Below, piece by piece: positions 19,829-28,848 of a stretch of 64,000 bases of DNA (positions are counted from its first letter, which is position 1; each line of letters opens with the position of its first letter). The DNA lies in IMG/VR virus record IMGVR_UViG_3300020477_000013, positions 137,586-201,585 of that record; one strand, 5' to 3'. The notes below the pieces were generated by a model. That model was not told the DNA's origin. It was given only the letters and a program-made list of their open reading frames with translations, and ran no database searches. The stretch comes from a virus. Taxonomy: Duplodnaviria > Caudoviricetes. The translations under genes and the position numbers were made by a program.

Positions 19829-20410
19829 ATGATAGTTACAAAGAGACAATTGAGAAGAATAATCAAGGAAGAAGCACGCCGTCTAATGGAGGACAGCATT
19901 GACAGTGAGCTTGATCACCTTAAGAAAAATGTGCATGATGATATTGAGCACATTCGTGATCTAAAAGATGACATTAGGGATGATCATGAAGAAGAGCTTC
20001 GTGCGGAGAAGGCACGCAAGGATGAGTCGCGCCGGAGGACAAAGTCTAAGCTACGCAGGATTGTTCGTCGTACTATCAACGAAGAGCATGCAGACTGGGG
20101 CATGGGAAAAGATGAAGATTCACGTACACACCATGGCGAAAAAGATTATACAGGCCATAAGGGTGATCATTCAAAGACTCATCCAGGTGAATTAGACTAT
20201 GAAGATGATGCAGCTGGAAGAGCACATGATGCAATTGCTGCTATTCATGACCTGGCATCTGCAGCAGGCGTTGAGCTTGATGTTACGGCCGGGGATGCTC
20301 TTGACAGTGAGGATGCAACGATCATCGCTATGGAAGGCAGGCTCCGCCGACAGGCACTAAAGAAGCGTATTAAAAGATTGACGAGGGATGCGATCCGCCG
20401 AGGACTATAA
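19829..20410 (+). CDS. Leader-family protein, His/Asp-rich
   Basis: MIVTKRQLRRIIKEE; internal KLRRIVRRTINEE; RBS GGGAGG. Confidence 0.82.
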   Translation: MIVTKRQLRRIIKEEARRLMEDSIDSELDHLKKNVHDDIEHIRDLKDDIRDDHEEELRAEKARKDESRRRTKSKLRRIVRRTINEEHADWGMGKDEDSRTHHGEKDYTGHKGDHSKTHPGELDYEDDAAGRAHDAIAAIHDLASAAGVELDVTAGDALDSEDATIIAMEGRLRRQALKKRIKRLTRDAIRRGL

Positions 20411-20411
20411 G

Positions 20412-20654
20412 ATGAAAATCTCAAAACGACAACTAAGAAGAATTATCAAAGAAGAGAAGGCCAAGTTACTAAAAGAGGCACCGACTCCTGAATTTGGTAT
20501 ATTCGATCAGTATTACCTAGCTGATCTACTGATGGAAGAGGTCGAAAGTTTTATGGACCAGACAGGGGTGGATAGCTTCGGGCCGGCCGAGGTCGAGGAT
20601 ATGCGTAATGCAGTCATGGCGGCACTTGATACGATTGTGAAACAGGTGAGCTAA
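20412..20654 (+). CDS. Leader-family protein
   Basis: Start reassigned to ATG 20412. Confidence 0.82.
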   Translation: MKISKRQLRRIIKEEKAKLLKEAPTPEFGIFDQYYLADLLMEEVESFMDQTGVDSFGPAEVEDMRNAVMAALDTIVKQVS

Positions 20655-20674
20655 ACCTAAGTGAGGTTAAAATT

Positions 20675-21067
20675 ATGAGAATTTCAAAACAACAATTAAG
20701 AAGAATCATCAAAGAAGAGCGCATGCGAATTCTTTATGAGGAAGTTGAAGAGATGGAGATCAAGGTAGACACTAATGAACACCACTGGCCTCGTGTAGAG
20801 TGGTCGAACATTGGTGAGCTTACCGATAAGTGGGCAGACCAAGAGAGAAATGCTTGGGATAAAGGTGATACGTCTATGCTTCCGGAGAAGCCGGAAGACG
20901 TCAGCATATCCGCATGGGAAGCAGAGCATAAGGCTGCTTGGGAAGACCAGGTAGAAAATGCTGCATTAGATTTAGAGGCGGAGTTAACCACACGGATCCG
21001 CAGGCTAGCTCTTAAAACGATGCAGGAATTTACTGATTCGCTGATAGCGGGTGATTATTCTGCCTAG
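20675..21067 (+). CDS. Leader-family protein
   Basis: MRISKQQLRRIIKEE. Confidence 0.82.
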   Translation: MRISKQQLRRIIKEERMRILYEEVEEMEIKVDTNEHHWPRVEWSNIGELTDKWADQERNAWDKGDTSMLPEKPEDVSISAWEAEHKAAWEDQVENAALDLEAELTTRIRRLALKTMQEFTDSLIAGDYSA

Positions 21068-21075
21068 TTTGGTAA

Positions 21076-21921
21076 ATGGGGGTGAAGCAGATGCCTAAAG
21101 ACAACCACAAGAAATTTCTATCAGAACTTAAGGACTTATCACCGACAGAGCGCCGTGTTGCTTTAAAACTAGCACGCTCATCACGTCCTTCAGCGCGAAG
21201 GTATATAAGGCTTGTCTTAGAGAATAAGAAATCCTACAGCAAAGCCGGTACGGGTAGTATGTCTGCTAAGGAGGGTGATTCTCGGCACTCCGCCAAAAGA
21301 AAAGGGGATTATTTTCAAGCTAATGTCATCGCTGAGGGAATTTTTGGGTGGTCTGGCGAAAAGATAATGAAGAAGATTGTTGGTAGGAATTATGCACCCC
21401 CTATCCGAGTAGATGCTGCTGCAAAAAATCTCGAGGTTGCGCTTGGGCAGTATGCGACGTCTTATGCGAGGAAGGCTACGCCTCGCCGTGTATCTCCTGA
21501 TGAATTTGCTCAAGAAGCAAAGGCAGGTTTAGCTAAGGGCCTGCGGCTATGTACTTCATTTGCAAGGCACGTTGCTACTTCTTTAGACGCTAAAACTGAA
21601 CCTGCTCAAATCAAGAGGGAATCTACGGATATTCGGGAAAAAATTCTGCGTGCAAAGATTAGGGAGCTTCTTGTAAAAGAGCAAGTTGTTGGGTATACGG
21701 CGCCGCAAGAAAAAAAGTCTGATGGTGGGGGATACTTGAGCGTAGGTGACATGGGTGTTGATACAACACTCGGTGATGATTCAACGGACGAAGATCAGGC
21801 ATCAGCTAACCAGGTAAGAAAGCTAACACAGCAACGCCAACAAGATTTAGATTCTGGTGATACAGTTGATGCAGAAAATGTGGGTCAACAGCTTGGCATG
21901 GCCAGGAAGATGAGAGGGTAA
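21076..21921 (+). CDS. Hypothetical protein inside array with internal leader-like motif
   Basis: 281 aa; KILRAKIRELLVKE internal. Confidence 0.75.
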   Translation: MGVKQMPKDNHKKFLSELKDLSPTERRVALKLARSSRPSARRYIRLVLENKKSYSKAGTGSMSAKEGDSRHSAKRKGDYFQANVIAEGIFGWSGEKIMKKIVGRNYAPPIRVDAAAKNLEVALGQYATSYARKATPRRVSPDEFAQEAKAGLAKGLRLCTSFARHVATSLDAKTEPAQIKRESTDIREKILRAKIRELLVKEQVVGYTAPQEKKSDGGGYLSVGDMGVDTTLGDDSTDEDQASANQVRKLTQQRQQDLDSGDTVDAENVGQQLGMARKMRG

Positions 21922-21922
21922 A

Positions 21923-22564
21923 ATGAGGGTCACACGAAAGCAACTAAGAAGAATTATTAGAGAAACATGGGCCGATGATGATAGAGATTTCTCTGCACCC
22001 CCAGGCGAAGAAGACTACTACGCTCCCGGTGGAGAAGGTGAGCAGGTTACGGATACACAGCTCAAAAGAGGCTGGGGTTCATGGCTAGAAGAAAGAGGCC
22101 TGGAATTTGAAGACTTGGACGATCTCGCCCTCGCGGCCGGCGCACCTAACAGGACATGGCTAGATTCCATCCCTCCGCATGATGGTTTCATCGGCCCGTT
22201 GGATGTTGGGGTGTGGGTAAAAGATATACAGGCTGCTAAGGAAATATTGTCAACAAGAGCAGGAGACTACAGTTCGTCGCCACATGGTAAGAAGATGAAT
22301 GAAGGCGTTGACCCCCGAGGCCTTAAGACATATCTCAAAAGCCTGGGGGTCAAGCGAAGCTTCGGCAACTTGACCGATGTTCTATCAACAGTGTTTAACG
22401 AATTCGAGGGTGATGCTGTAGACATGAAGGAAGAGGTTGAGATCGTTAATGGCATACGTGATGATAACGGGCAGGCGATCAATTGGCCCATTGAAGTCTA
22501 CCAAGACATCTACGGGCTATATAAAAAGCACCGGCGGGGATTCCGCGCTCAAAGGAGATGGTAG
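21923..22564 (+). CDS. Leader-family protein
   Basis: MRVTRKQLRRIIRE. Confidence 0.82.
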   Translation: MRVTRKQLRRIIRETWADDDRDFSAPPGEEDYYAPGGEGEQVTDTQLKRGWGSWLEERGLEFEDLDDLALAAGAPNRTWLDSIPPHDGFIGPLDVGVWVKDIQAAKEILSTRAGDYSSSPHGKKMNEGVDPRGLKTYLKSLGVKRSFGNLTDVLSTVFNEFEGDAVDMKEEVEIVNGIRDDNGQAINWPIEVYQDIYGLYKKHRRGFRAQRRW

Positions 22565-22566
22565 TA

Positions 22567-23001
22567 ATGAAGATATCTAAAAAAAAGATTCAACAAATCG
22601 TAGCTGAAAATATATTTGATTTGTTTATCGCACCAAAAAAAGTACATACGATGAAAATTTCCCAGCGGCAATTAAAAAGAATGATAAAAGAAGAGAAGGC
22701 AAAGCTCAAAGAAGCCGGCCCAAATTATCCCAAGCATGCATTTCCAGAGAAGACGCCGGCCAAACAAGGCGCTGCTATGACAACCTCTGGAGACCCACAG
22801 TCATACCATGACTTAGCGACACGCATGGATAAGATTACTTTATTGATTGAAGATCTTTCTATGGACTACGTCGATAGTGGCTGGTTGAAGGGAGGTGATC
22901 ATGCTTCTTTGGCTAATGATTTAGATAATCTCTTCTCTAACTCAGATAGGCTAGCTATGGCGGTTATGGGATTAGCACGATCAATGGGAGATATAGAGTG
23001 A
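22567..23001 (+). CDS. Leader-family protein with two tandem leaders
   Basis: MKISKKKIQQIVAE then MKISQRQLKRMIKEE at 22651. Confidence 0.78.
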   Translation: MKISKKKIQQIVAENIFDLFIAPKKVHTMKISQRQLKRMIKEEKAKLKEAGPNYPKHAFPEKTPAKQGAAMTTSGDPQSYHDLATRMDKITLLIEDLSMDYVDSGWLKGGDHASLANDLDNLFSNSDRLAMAVMGLARSMGDIE

Positions 23002-23336
23002 GAATCACCCGCAGGCAACTAGGAATAATTATCCGGGAAGAGATAGAGAAGTCGGCCCCCTTTGGAAGTGGCATGGAGCAGGCTGATCTCGACCCTGAAG
23101 AGAAAGAACTGATTGGGCACACATGACTGACACATGCCAAGCTGAAGTCTTCAGCTTTACAGGAATCTTACGGGATACGAGGGAATATGGCAGGAAAGGT
23201 TGTTTGGCACTCTTTAAAGAAGGACGGGTCAATCACTAAATATGATATAAGGTTCGGGGGTAAGATCCTTAGGGGGATTCCTGCTGCCCTTGTGGAGTCA
23301 ATTAAAGAAGTACAACATGAACATGAGGAGAGATAA
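22998..23336 (+). CDS. Leader-family protein with in-frame UGA at 23124 (candidate selenoprotein, 112 aa)
   Basis: GTG start MRITRRQLGIIIRE...IGHT*LTHAK...WHSL...YDIRF...HEHEER in one frame; SECIS-like hairpin 23139-23157. Confidence 0.65.
23139..23157 (+). promoter_or_regulatory. Candidate bacterial SECIS element
   Basis: AAGCTGAA-GTC-TTCAGCTT starting 12 nt after UGA, GU in apical loop. Confidence 0.55.
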
Positions 23337-23337
23337 G

Positions 23338-23583
23338 TTGAAAATTTCAAAAAAACAACTAAGAAGAATTATAAAGGAAGAATTCGACAATATGCTGAGT
23401 GAGCCGACTCCGGAGGATGTTGTGCCGGTAGAGGATGCATGGGCAGGTGGGGAAGATTTGGTGATGCCGATAGACCACTCAGAGGCCGGCGGGTCTGAAC
23501 CTGTAACTAGTTTTCCAGAGACGCTAGACATTGTCGACTCGATAACCGAAAGGGTAATGAGAAGATTAAGAGGGAATAGGTGA
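23338..23583 (+). CDS. Leader-family protein
   Basis: TTG start, MKISKKQLRRIIKEE, RBS GAGGAG. Confidence 0.8.
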   Translation: MKISKKQLRRIIKEEFDNMLSEPTPEDVVPVEDAWAGGEDLVMPIDHSEAGGSEPVTSFPETLDIVDSITERVMRRLRGNR

Positions 23584-24260
23584 GATATAAATTATCAGAA
23601 TCATCTCTTCGTTACATTATTCGAAATCTATTAATAGAGAAGAGGTGGGTGGATCTTGGCGCAAAAAAAGGCGTTGTCATCGATCTCCACCCTTCTGATT
23701 TTGAGGATGAGGAGTGCCTTGAAGAACCATGTCCTGAGGGTGTCCGCGATTTAGATGATGAGATATTTGACCTGATTCAGAACGCATACAGGGATGTTGA
23801 GTTGGAACCTGGCAAGTTTGGAAATGCAAAAGTTAGGTCTCCCTCTGATTTACCTGGTGGGTATACTATAATGCAGGCCGCTGATTTAGATGATGATCCT
23901 GATCCGGATTTTTTTCGTGGTGGAAAGATGAGGGGTGGAAGGTACAAGCTAGGGATTGTGGGCCACGATGGTTCACAGGCTGCTATCGATAAATATCTTG
24001 AAGAAACAGCTAGCCAGCTAATGTCAGGGGCAATGGCTGAAATGTCTGGTAAGATAGCACATATCATGATTACAAGGTATGGTGTACCGGCAGTTACTTC
24101 CCATGCTGCTGTACAGTCAATGCTAGGTAAGGATGTATCATGGGTGGGACGCCATCCGGATGATCACTACGCCGACCGCTATGGTCCTGAGTACGAGGGA
24201 TTTTATGATCGTGTTATTGGGGGTAAGTCCCATATGAAAATTTTATTAGGGGGCACTTGA
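23580..24260 (+). CDS. Hypothetical protein with divergent leader
   Basis: MRYKLSESSLRYIIRNLLIE; 226 aa. Confidence 0.78.
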   Translation: MRYKLSESSLRYIIRNLLIEKRWVDLGAKKGVVIDLHPSDFEDEECLEEPCPEGVRDLDDEIFDLIQNAYRDVELEPGKFGNAKVRSPSDLPGGYTIMQAADLDDDPDPDFFRGGKMRGGRYKLGIVGHDGSQAAIDKYLEETASQLMSGAMAEMSGKIAHIMITRYGVPAVTSHAAVQSMLGKDVSWVGRHPDDHYADRYGPEYEGFYDRVIGGKSHMKILLGGT

Positions 24261-24324
24261 TTTTTTAATTAACTAGTATACTTATTCACGTAGAATTTTG
24301 CCTTTTACGAGAGGAGCCTATGTG

Positions 24325-24597
24325 ATGAAGAGATATCTATCTTTATTTTACTGGTTATTATTACTAGGTTTTTTGATGATGTTCCTGGTTGCTCTTGACT
24401 CCGCGGTTGTTAGGGCCGCGCAACCAAAAAGCAAATTTTACGATTTCAGTGAGCAATTAATAGACGGCGAAATTAAAAAGCCCACAACCCTTTATACAGA
24501 TGCTCGAGAAAGTGTAAGATTTGATAGGTTACTTAAGTTAAAGAAGTCGTTTATCCCCGATCTCCTTGATACTGCCAAGGAGAGGGTATTTAAGTAA
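24325..24597 (+). CDS. Exported protein resembling myxobacterial GltF/CglF
   Basis: Signal peptide then YDFSEQLIDGEIKKP...RFDRLLKLKKSFIPDL pattern (recall, unverified). Confidence 0.55.
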   Translation: MKRYLSLFYWLLLLGFLMMFLVALDSAVVRAAQPKSKFYDFSEQLIDGEIKKPTTLYTDARESVRFDRLLKLKKSFIPDLLDTAKERVFK

Positions 24598-24606
24598 TGT
24601 GATGAG

Positions 24607-24897
24607 ATGGAAAAAAGGGATGATGAAAATCGCGCCGACCAAGCTATAAAGAAAATCGATTCTTTATTAAGCCGCATAGGGTCTGGTACAATTCCATCCG
24701 GAATGTACGTTGAGAATTCGTTAAACGAAATTAGGGATGTAATTATAGAGTTGCAACATGAGAATGAATCGTTGTGGTTTATGCTAGATGAAATACGCGA
24801 CTCTGACATTGAAGAGCATTCTGATACATTGAATAAGGCTCTAGAGCAAATTAAGCTGGAGTCTTTAATGAAAAATATGAAACCCGTAGAAGCATGA
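24607..24897 (+). CDS. Hypothetical coiled-coil protein
   Basis: 96 aa ORF. Confidence 0.65.
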   Translation: MEKRDDENRADQAIKKIDSLLSRIGSGTIPSGMYVENSLNEIRDVIIELQHENESLWFMLDEIRDSDIEEHSDTLNKALEQIKLESLMKNMKPVEA

Positions 24898-24907
24898 GGG
24901 GCTTTAG

Positions 24908-25105
24908 ATGTTGAGAGTGGGAAACCGTGTTTCTCCCTTTTTCGATATGGGAAAAAAGGGAACCATAATAGACATGATACAAACTAGTCACCAGACATGG
25001 ATGGTCGATGGCTCTGCTAGCCACTCATGGGTCATTAGGGTGAAATTTGACAATGGTGATATATTTGAATATTCACCAGGCGACCTCATGCCGATAGACG
25101 ACTAA
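24908..25105 (+). CDS. Small SH3-like hypothetical protein
   Basis: MLRVGNRV start, beta-rich. Confidence 0.65.
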   Translation: MLRVGNRVSPFFDMGKKGTIIDMIQTSHQTWMVDGSASHSWVIRVKFDNGDIFEYSPGDLMPIDD

Positions 25106-25117
25106 GCAGAAATAGAA

Positions 25118-25786
25118 TTGAATAAATTTAGACTGGTATTTTTTATATCACTTACCTTTGTGCTACTTCAATATCCAGAAGGCCATGCACATAAGGGTGA
25201 TTATATGAATCGTGATATGTCATGTGACCATGGTCCTGGAGATGAAATCTCATATGAAGAAATTCGCCGTATAGCCATTCACGGATGTCCACTTCGAAAA
25301 TCAAGTAGCGTGAATATTGAGCTTATAGATAAGTTGATTTCTATTGAGAAGAAGTTCGGCTTACCGTCCTCGGTACGAGGCCTTCTACTATCTGCAGCAT
25401 GTTCAGAGTCCGGCTACAACCCCAAGGCCCGTGGTGATTATAGAAAGAGCAAAAAGACAAAAAGAAAGATCGCCAAGGCCCACGGTCTACTGCAGTTTTG
25501 GCCATGGGCTAAGAAGTATATAGATAGAGATGACCCCGTCCAGTCTGCTGATTTCTGGCTTAAACGAATTAAGAGACAAATTCCATTCGTTAAAAAGAGA
25601 TGCAAGTTTAAGAATAAGAGGAAGATCTGGTTTGCATCACATGTCACAGCCGTACGTGCTCCAAAGAAAACGGGGAGGTGTTATGAGTCAAGCCGGCACC
25701 ACAGGTTACTGAAGGGATGGCACCGATCGATTATCAGGGACCGTAAAGCATGCCATGACAGAATGTTGAATAATAATGGGTGCTGA
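25118..25786 (+). CDS. Lytic transglycosylase (SLT-like) with N-terminal hydrophobic segment
   Basis: AACSESGYNPKA catalytic Glu helix and GLLQ motif. Confidence 0.65.
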   Translation: MNKFRLVFFISLTFVLLQYPEGHAHKGDYMNRDMSCDHGPGDEISYEEIRRIAIHGCPLRKSSSVNIELIDKLISIEKKFGLPSSVRGLLLSAACSESGYNPKARGDYRKSKKTKRKIAKAHGLLQFWPWAKKYIDRDDPVQSADFWLKRIKRQIPFVKKRCKFKNKRKIWFASHVTAVRAPKKTGRCYESSRHHRLLKGWHRSIIRDRKACHDRMLNNNGC

Positions 25787-26126
25787 GGATACAATGGGGG
25801 GTTACTGTAACGTGTTAAGGGCACATGAGGATTATCTTCTTAAGTCAAAGGAAGCTGCTTTGGAGCTTAAGTCGTATCTAACTAAGCTGCATATGTCTTT
25901 AGAGAAAGACATTGCTAAGCGGAAAGAGCTTCTAGACTTTAGCGAAGGAGAAGCTGTATGCTCACCTGAAGAGATTAAAAAAGAGAAAGAGGAAATAGCA
26001 TTTCTTGAATCCATATGCCATGAGCAGTTATACAGGCAACTTACAAGGTGGATCAAGTTTCAGGAGAAAATAAAAGATGGACCACCAAGAAAAAAAAGAA
26101 AGCGCGGCCGTAATAGATCTCGTTAA
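25776..26126 (+). CDS. Hypothetical protein
   Basis: 116 aa helical ORF. Confidence 0.6.
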   Translation: MGAEDTMGGYCNVLRAHEDYLLKSKEAALELKSYLTKLHMSLEKDIAKRKELLDFSEGEAVCSPEEIKKEKEEIAFLESICHEQLYRQLTRWIKFQEKIKDGPPRKKRKRGRNRSR

Positions 26127-26430
26127 GTATAAGATAGAAAAATATATAAAATTTTTACCTCCGGGAAGTACTGAGAGGAAGATTAACGAAAAGATTTTGG
26201 AGTTATATGAGGATGGAAAAGTTACCGTATACTGGTCTGATGAGGACCTCTGGGTAGCAATGACTGATGGTTCACCTGTTTCACCCGAGCTCCTAGGGTT
26301 ACCTGAGACAGGTGATGATGAAGTTGAGATTATATACCGGGACCTATCTTATGACGATTTTCCGGAGATAGAATTTACCCCCGATTTCGGTTCTTCTGAC
26401 GATGGGGATGACGAGCCGATTGATGAGTGA
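26077..26430 (+). CDS. Hypothetical acidic protein
   Basis: 117 aa, RBS AGGAG. Confidence 0.65.
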   Translation: MDHQEKKESAAVIDLVKYKIEKYIKFLPPGSTERKINEKILELYEDGKVTVYWSDEDLWVAMTDGSPVSPELLGLPETGDDEVEIIYRDLSYDDFPEIEFTPDFGSSDDGDDEPIDE

Positions 26431-26545
26431 TTTATTGAAGTTGGTAACACTTACATTTTGTGGTGTTATACTGGTTCAGGTGGTATGTATATTTTCTTTT
26501 TTTGTTAGTTTTCTGCTTATTGCATGGGCAGTATCAGGGCTATGA
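26423..26545 (+). CDS. Small membrane peptide (40 aa)
   Basis: Own translation, hydrophobic. Confidence 0.5.
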   Translation: MSDLLKLVTLTFCGVILVQVVCIFSFFVSFLLIAWAVSGL

Positions 26546-26563
26546 TATACAGGGTGAAGTAGT

Positions 26564-26698
26564 ATGATAAAAAATATTAAGCATATGACATTTAAGAGCA
26601 CTGATGGATCTCTTAATACGTTTGGGTTTGTTACGCTAATTGTTGCGTCGATAGTGGGAGCGCTGTCGCCTTTTTTACTATCATTATTTTTTAATTAA
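26564..26698 (+). CDS. Small membrane peptide (44 aa)
   Basis: Own translation, C-terminal TM helix. Confidence 0.5.
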   Translation: MIKNIKHMTFKSTDGSLNTFGFVTLIVASIVGALSPFLLSLFFN

Positions 26699-26847
26699 AC
26701 ACAGCTCTTCTGTGCATTAGATTTAATGATATTGATGTACAGTACAAAATAATGCCCGTATCGTTCAAGGGCATTGCAAATAGATTTAGGTGAAACGATA
26801 GTCGCGATACATTTTCTTAGTAACTTTTTTATTTTATAGGAGCTGAT

Positions 26848-28314
26848 ATGGGAAAGCTTAAGCAACTAAGAGGCAATTTGATTAGGGATTCCCTATCATC
26901 TGGAGCGAATAATGCATACCAGCTAGATACCGGCGCTATCTCTGTACAGACAGGAGAACATACAGGCAGGTCGCCTGATGCAAAGTGTATAGTAAGGGAT
27001 TCTAATACTGAGGGTGTCGTTGATTGGGAGAATAACCAGGCGTGTACACCATCTGAGTTTCTATCTTTACGCGATAAGATGCTGGCCTATTCTGGGACCA
27101 TTCACACATATAAGCAGGCCTTGTTTGCGGGCCGAGATGAAGACTACCAGATAGGTATTTCTGTTAATACTTCAACTGCATGGCAAGCATTATTTGCGAA
27201 TAATATGTTTGTGAGATGCAGGGAAAAAACAACCCCCCCTCAGGTCAGGTGGGAGATTTTTTGCTTTCCTGAATTCCAAGAAGAAGCTAGGGTGATGATA
27301 AGTTTTACACATCGCCAAATTCTCCTAACAGGTACCCATTATGCAGGGGAAATTAAGAAAAGTATTTTTACGGTTTTAAATTATATCCTCCCTGGGTTGA
27401 ACGTCCTCCCGATGCATTGCTCAGTCAATGCTGGTTCTGACCTCAAGAATTCTGCTGTATTTTTCGGCCTTTCGGGGACCGGAAAAACTACGTTGTCTGC
27501 ATCTCCAGGTCGTGTTTTGATCGGCGACGATGAGCATGGCTGGTCACCTGACGGGCTTTTTAATTTTGAGGGTGGCTGTTATGCAAAAGTCATAAATTTA
27601 TCAAGAGAGTCTGAGCCAGAGATTTGGGATGCTGTTAATCGAGAAGGCGCAATTCTCGAGAATGTTGTTGCCGATGAGTCAGGTGTACCAGATTTTTCCA
27701 GGAGTGACCTAACAGAAAATACGAGAGGCTCTTACCCTATTTCACATATTGATAATGCATCGCTAGAAGGTACAGCACCTCACCCTCAAAATATTATTTT
27801 TCTTACGTGTGATGCTTTTGGTGTGTTACCTCCTGTATCTAGATTGAGTAAAGAAGAAGCAGTTGAACATTTCTTGCTGGGGTATACTGCCAAGGTTGCC
27901 GGTACTGAGCGGGGTATATCTAGTCCAGTTGCAACGTTTTCACACTGTTTTGGCGCACCATTTATGCCTCACAAGCCGTCGGTATACGCAGATATTTTAC
28001 GAGATAAAATTAGCGATCATGATGTTGACTGTTGGCTTGTCAATACGGGGTGGGTAGCAGGAAACTATAACGACGGTCATAGGATTCCTCTGGGCGTTTC
28101 CAGAAAGATTGTCGACATGATACTTGCCGGTACTTTAGCTAATGAACAATTTTGCAAACATGAATATACTGGATTATCGATTCCATCTGGCACTAAAGAA
28201 ATACTGGGCTGTAAGCTTCAGCCTGAACTAAATTGGAAAGATGAATCTAAATATCAACGTGAGGTTATTTCACTAATGGAGAAATGGTCAAGCGTTCTAC
28301 AAAAACTGCGTTAG
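26848..28314 (+). CDS. pckA: Phosphoenolpyruvate carboxykinase (ATP)
   Basis: TGRSP, YAGEIKK, FFGLSGTGKTTLS, LIGDDEHGW, NFEGGCYAK, ENTR motifs. Confidence 0.96.
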   Translation: MGKLKQLRGNLIRDSLSSGANNAYQLDTGAISVQTGEHTGRSPDAKCIVRDSNTEGVVDWENNQACTPSEFLSLRDKMLAYSGTIHTYKQALFAGRDEDYQIGISVNTSTAWQALFANNMFVRCREKTTPPQVRWEIFCFPEFQEEARVMISFTHRQILLTGTHYAGEIKKSIFTVLNYILPGLNVLPMHCSVNAGSDLKNSAVFFGLSGTGKTTLSASPGRVLIGDDEHGWSPDGLFNFEGGCYAKVINLSRESEPEIWDAVNREGAILENVVADESGVPDFSRSDLTENTRGSYPISHIDNASLEGTAPHPQNIIFLTCDAFGVLPPVSRLSKEEAVEHFLLGYTAKVAGTERGISSPVATFSHCFGAPFMPHKPSVYADILRDKISDHDVDCWLVNTGWVAGNYNDGHRIPLGVSRKIVDMILAGTLANEQFCKHEYTGLSIPSGTKEILGCKLQPELNWKDESKYQREVISLMEKWSSVLQKLR

Positions 28315-28332
28315 TATTTTTAGGGACAAATA

Positions 28333-28848
28333 ATGGGTGATGTCAAGGTAGGGGATAACGTTAACATCGGTGAGAATGTAGCTATTGCAAAATCGCCGTA
28401 TGAGAATGATTCTCCGAATACAATCATTGGATTTACATGCGGCGCGTTCGATCTCTTACATGCAGGGCATGCATTAATGCTTGAAGAAGCGAGAAGTAAA
28501 TGTGACTACTTAATAGTAGGTGTACAGTCTGATCCAACTCTTGACCGACCAGAAAAAAACCAGCCAGTGCAGAGTTACGACGAGAGAATAACCATGGTTA
28601 GGTCTATAAGATATGTAGATGAGGTTGTCTTATACGATACTGAAAATGATTTAATCGACGTACTTCAGAAATTAATGCCTGACGTAAGGATAGTAGGTGC
28701 TGACTGGGAAGGTAAAGAATTTACCGGTAGTGATTTACCTATCGATGTATATTTTAACTCTAGGGACCATGGGTGGTCGACAAGCGATTTAAGGCGAAGG
28801 GTATACAATGCAGAGAAGTCTAATGTTAGCAGGGGATCTATAAGTTGA
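28333..28848 (+). CDS. Cytidylyltransferase (TagD-like)
   Basis: GAFDLLHAGH HxGH motif, GVQSD, R-x-H-x-x-S-T-S. Confidence 0.85.
   Translation: MGDVKVGDNVNIGENVAIAKSPYENDSPNTIIGFTCGAFDLLHAGHALMLEEARSKCDYLIVGVQSDPTLDRPEKNQPVQSYDERITMVRSIRYVDEVVLYDTENDLIDVLQKLMPDVRIVGADWEGKEFTGSDLPIDVYFNSRDHGWSTSDLRRRVYNAEKSNVSRGSIS

Larger units (their letters stand above)
11859..23583 (+). repeat. Tandem array of 28 genes sharing a 45-66 bp 5' cassette encoding MKITKRQLRRII(K/R)E(EKARL)
   Basis: Leader read at each start; bodies unrelated; junctions TAAAATG, TAATG or ATGA. Confidence 0.92.

Noticed and set aside
12713-23337. N-terminal extensions given by the ORF track for many array genes
   Set aside because: The extensions overlap upstream genes; the conserved leader ATG right after the upstream stop is the better start.
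11859-23583. Repeats resembling a CRISPR array or integron cassette array
   Set aside because: The repeats are gene starts with synonymous variation, spaced irregularly from about 130 bp to over 800 bp. There is no cas gene, integrase or attC-like palindrome in the window.
25776-25811. GC-UGA-G end of the transglycosylase gene resembling a GCUG selenocysteine motif
   Set aside because: It overlaps the start of the next gene, and the only downstream hairpin is a weak 4-5 bp stem.
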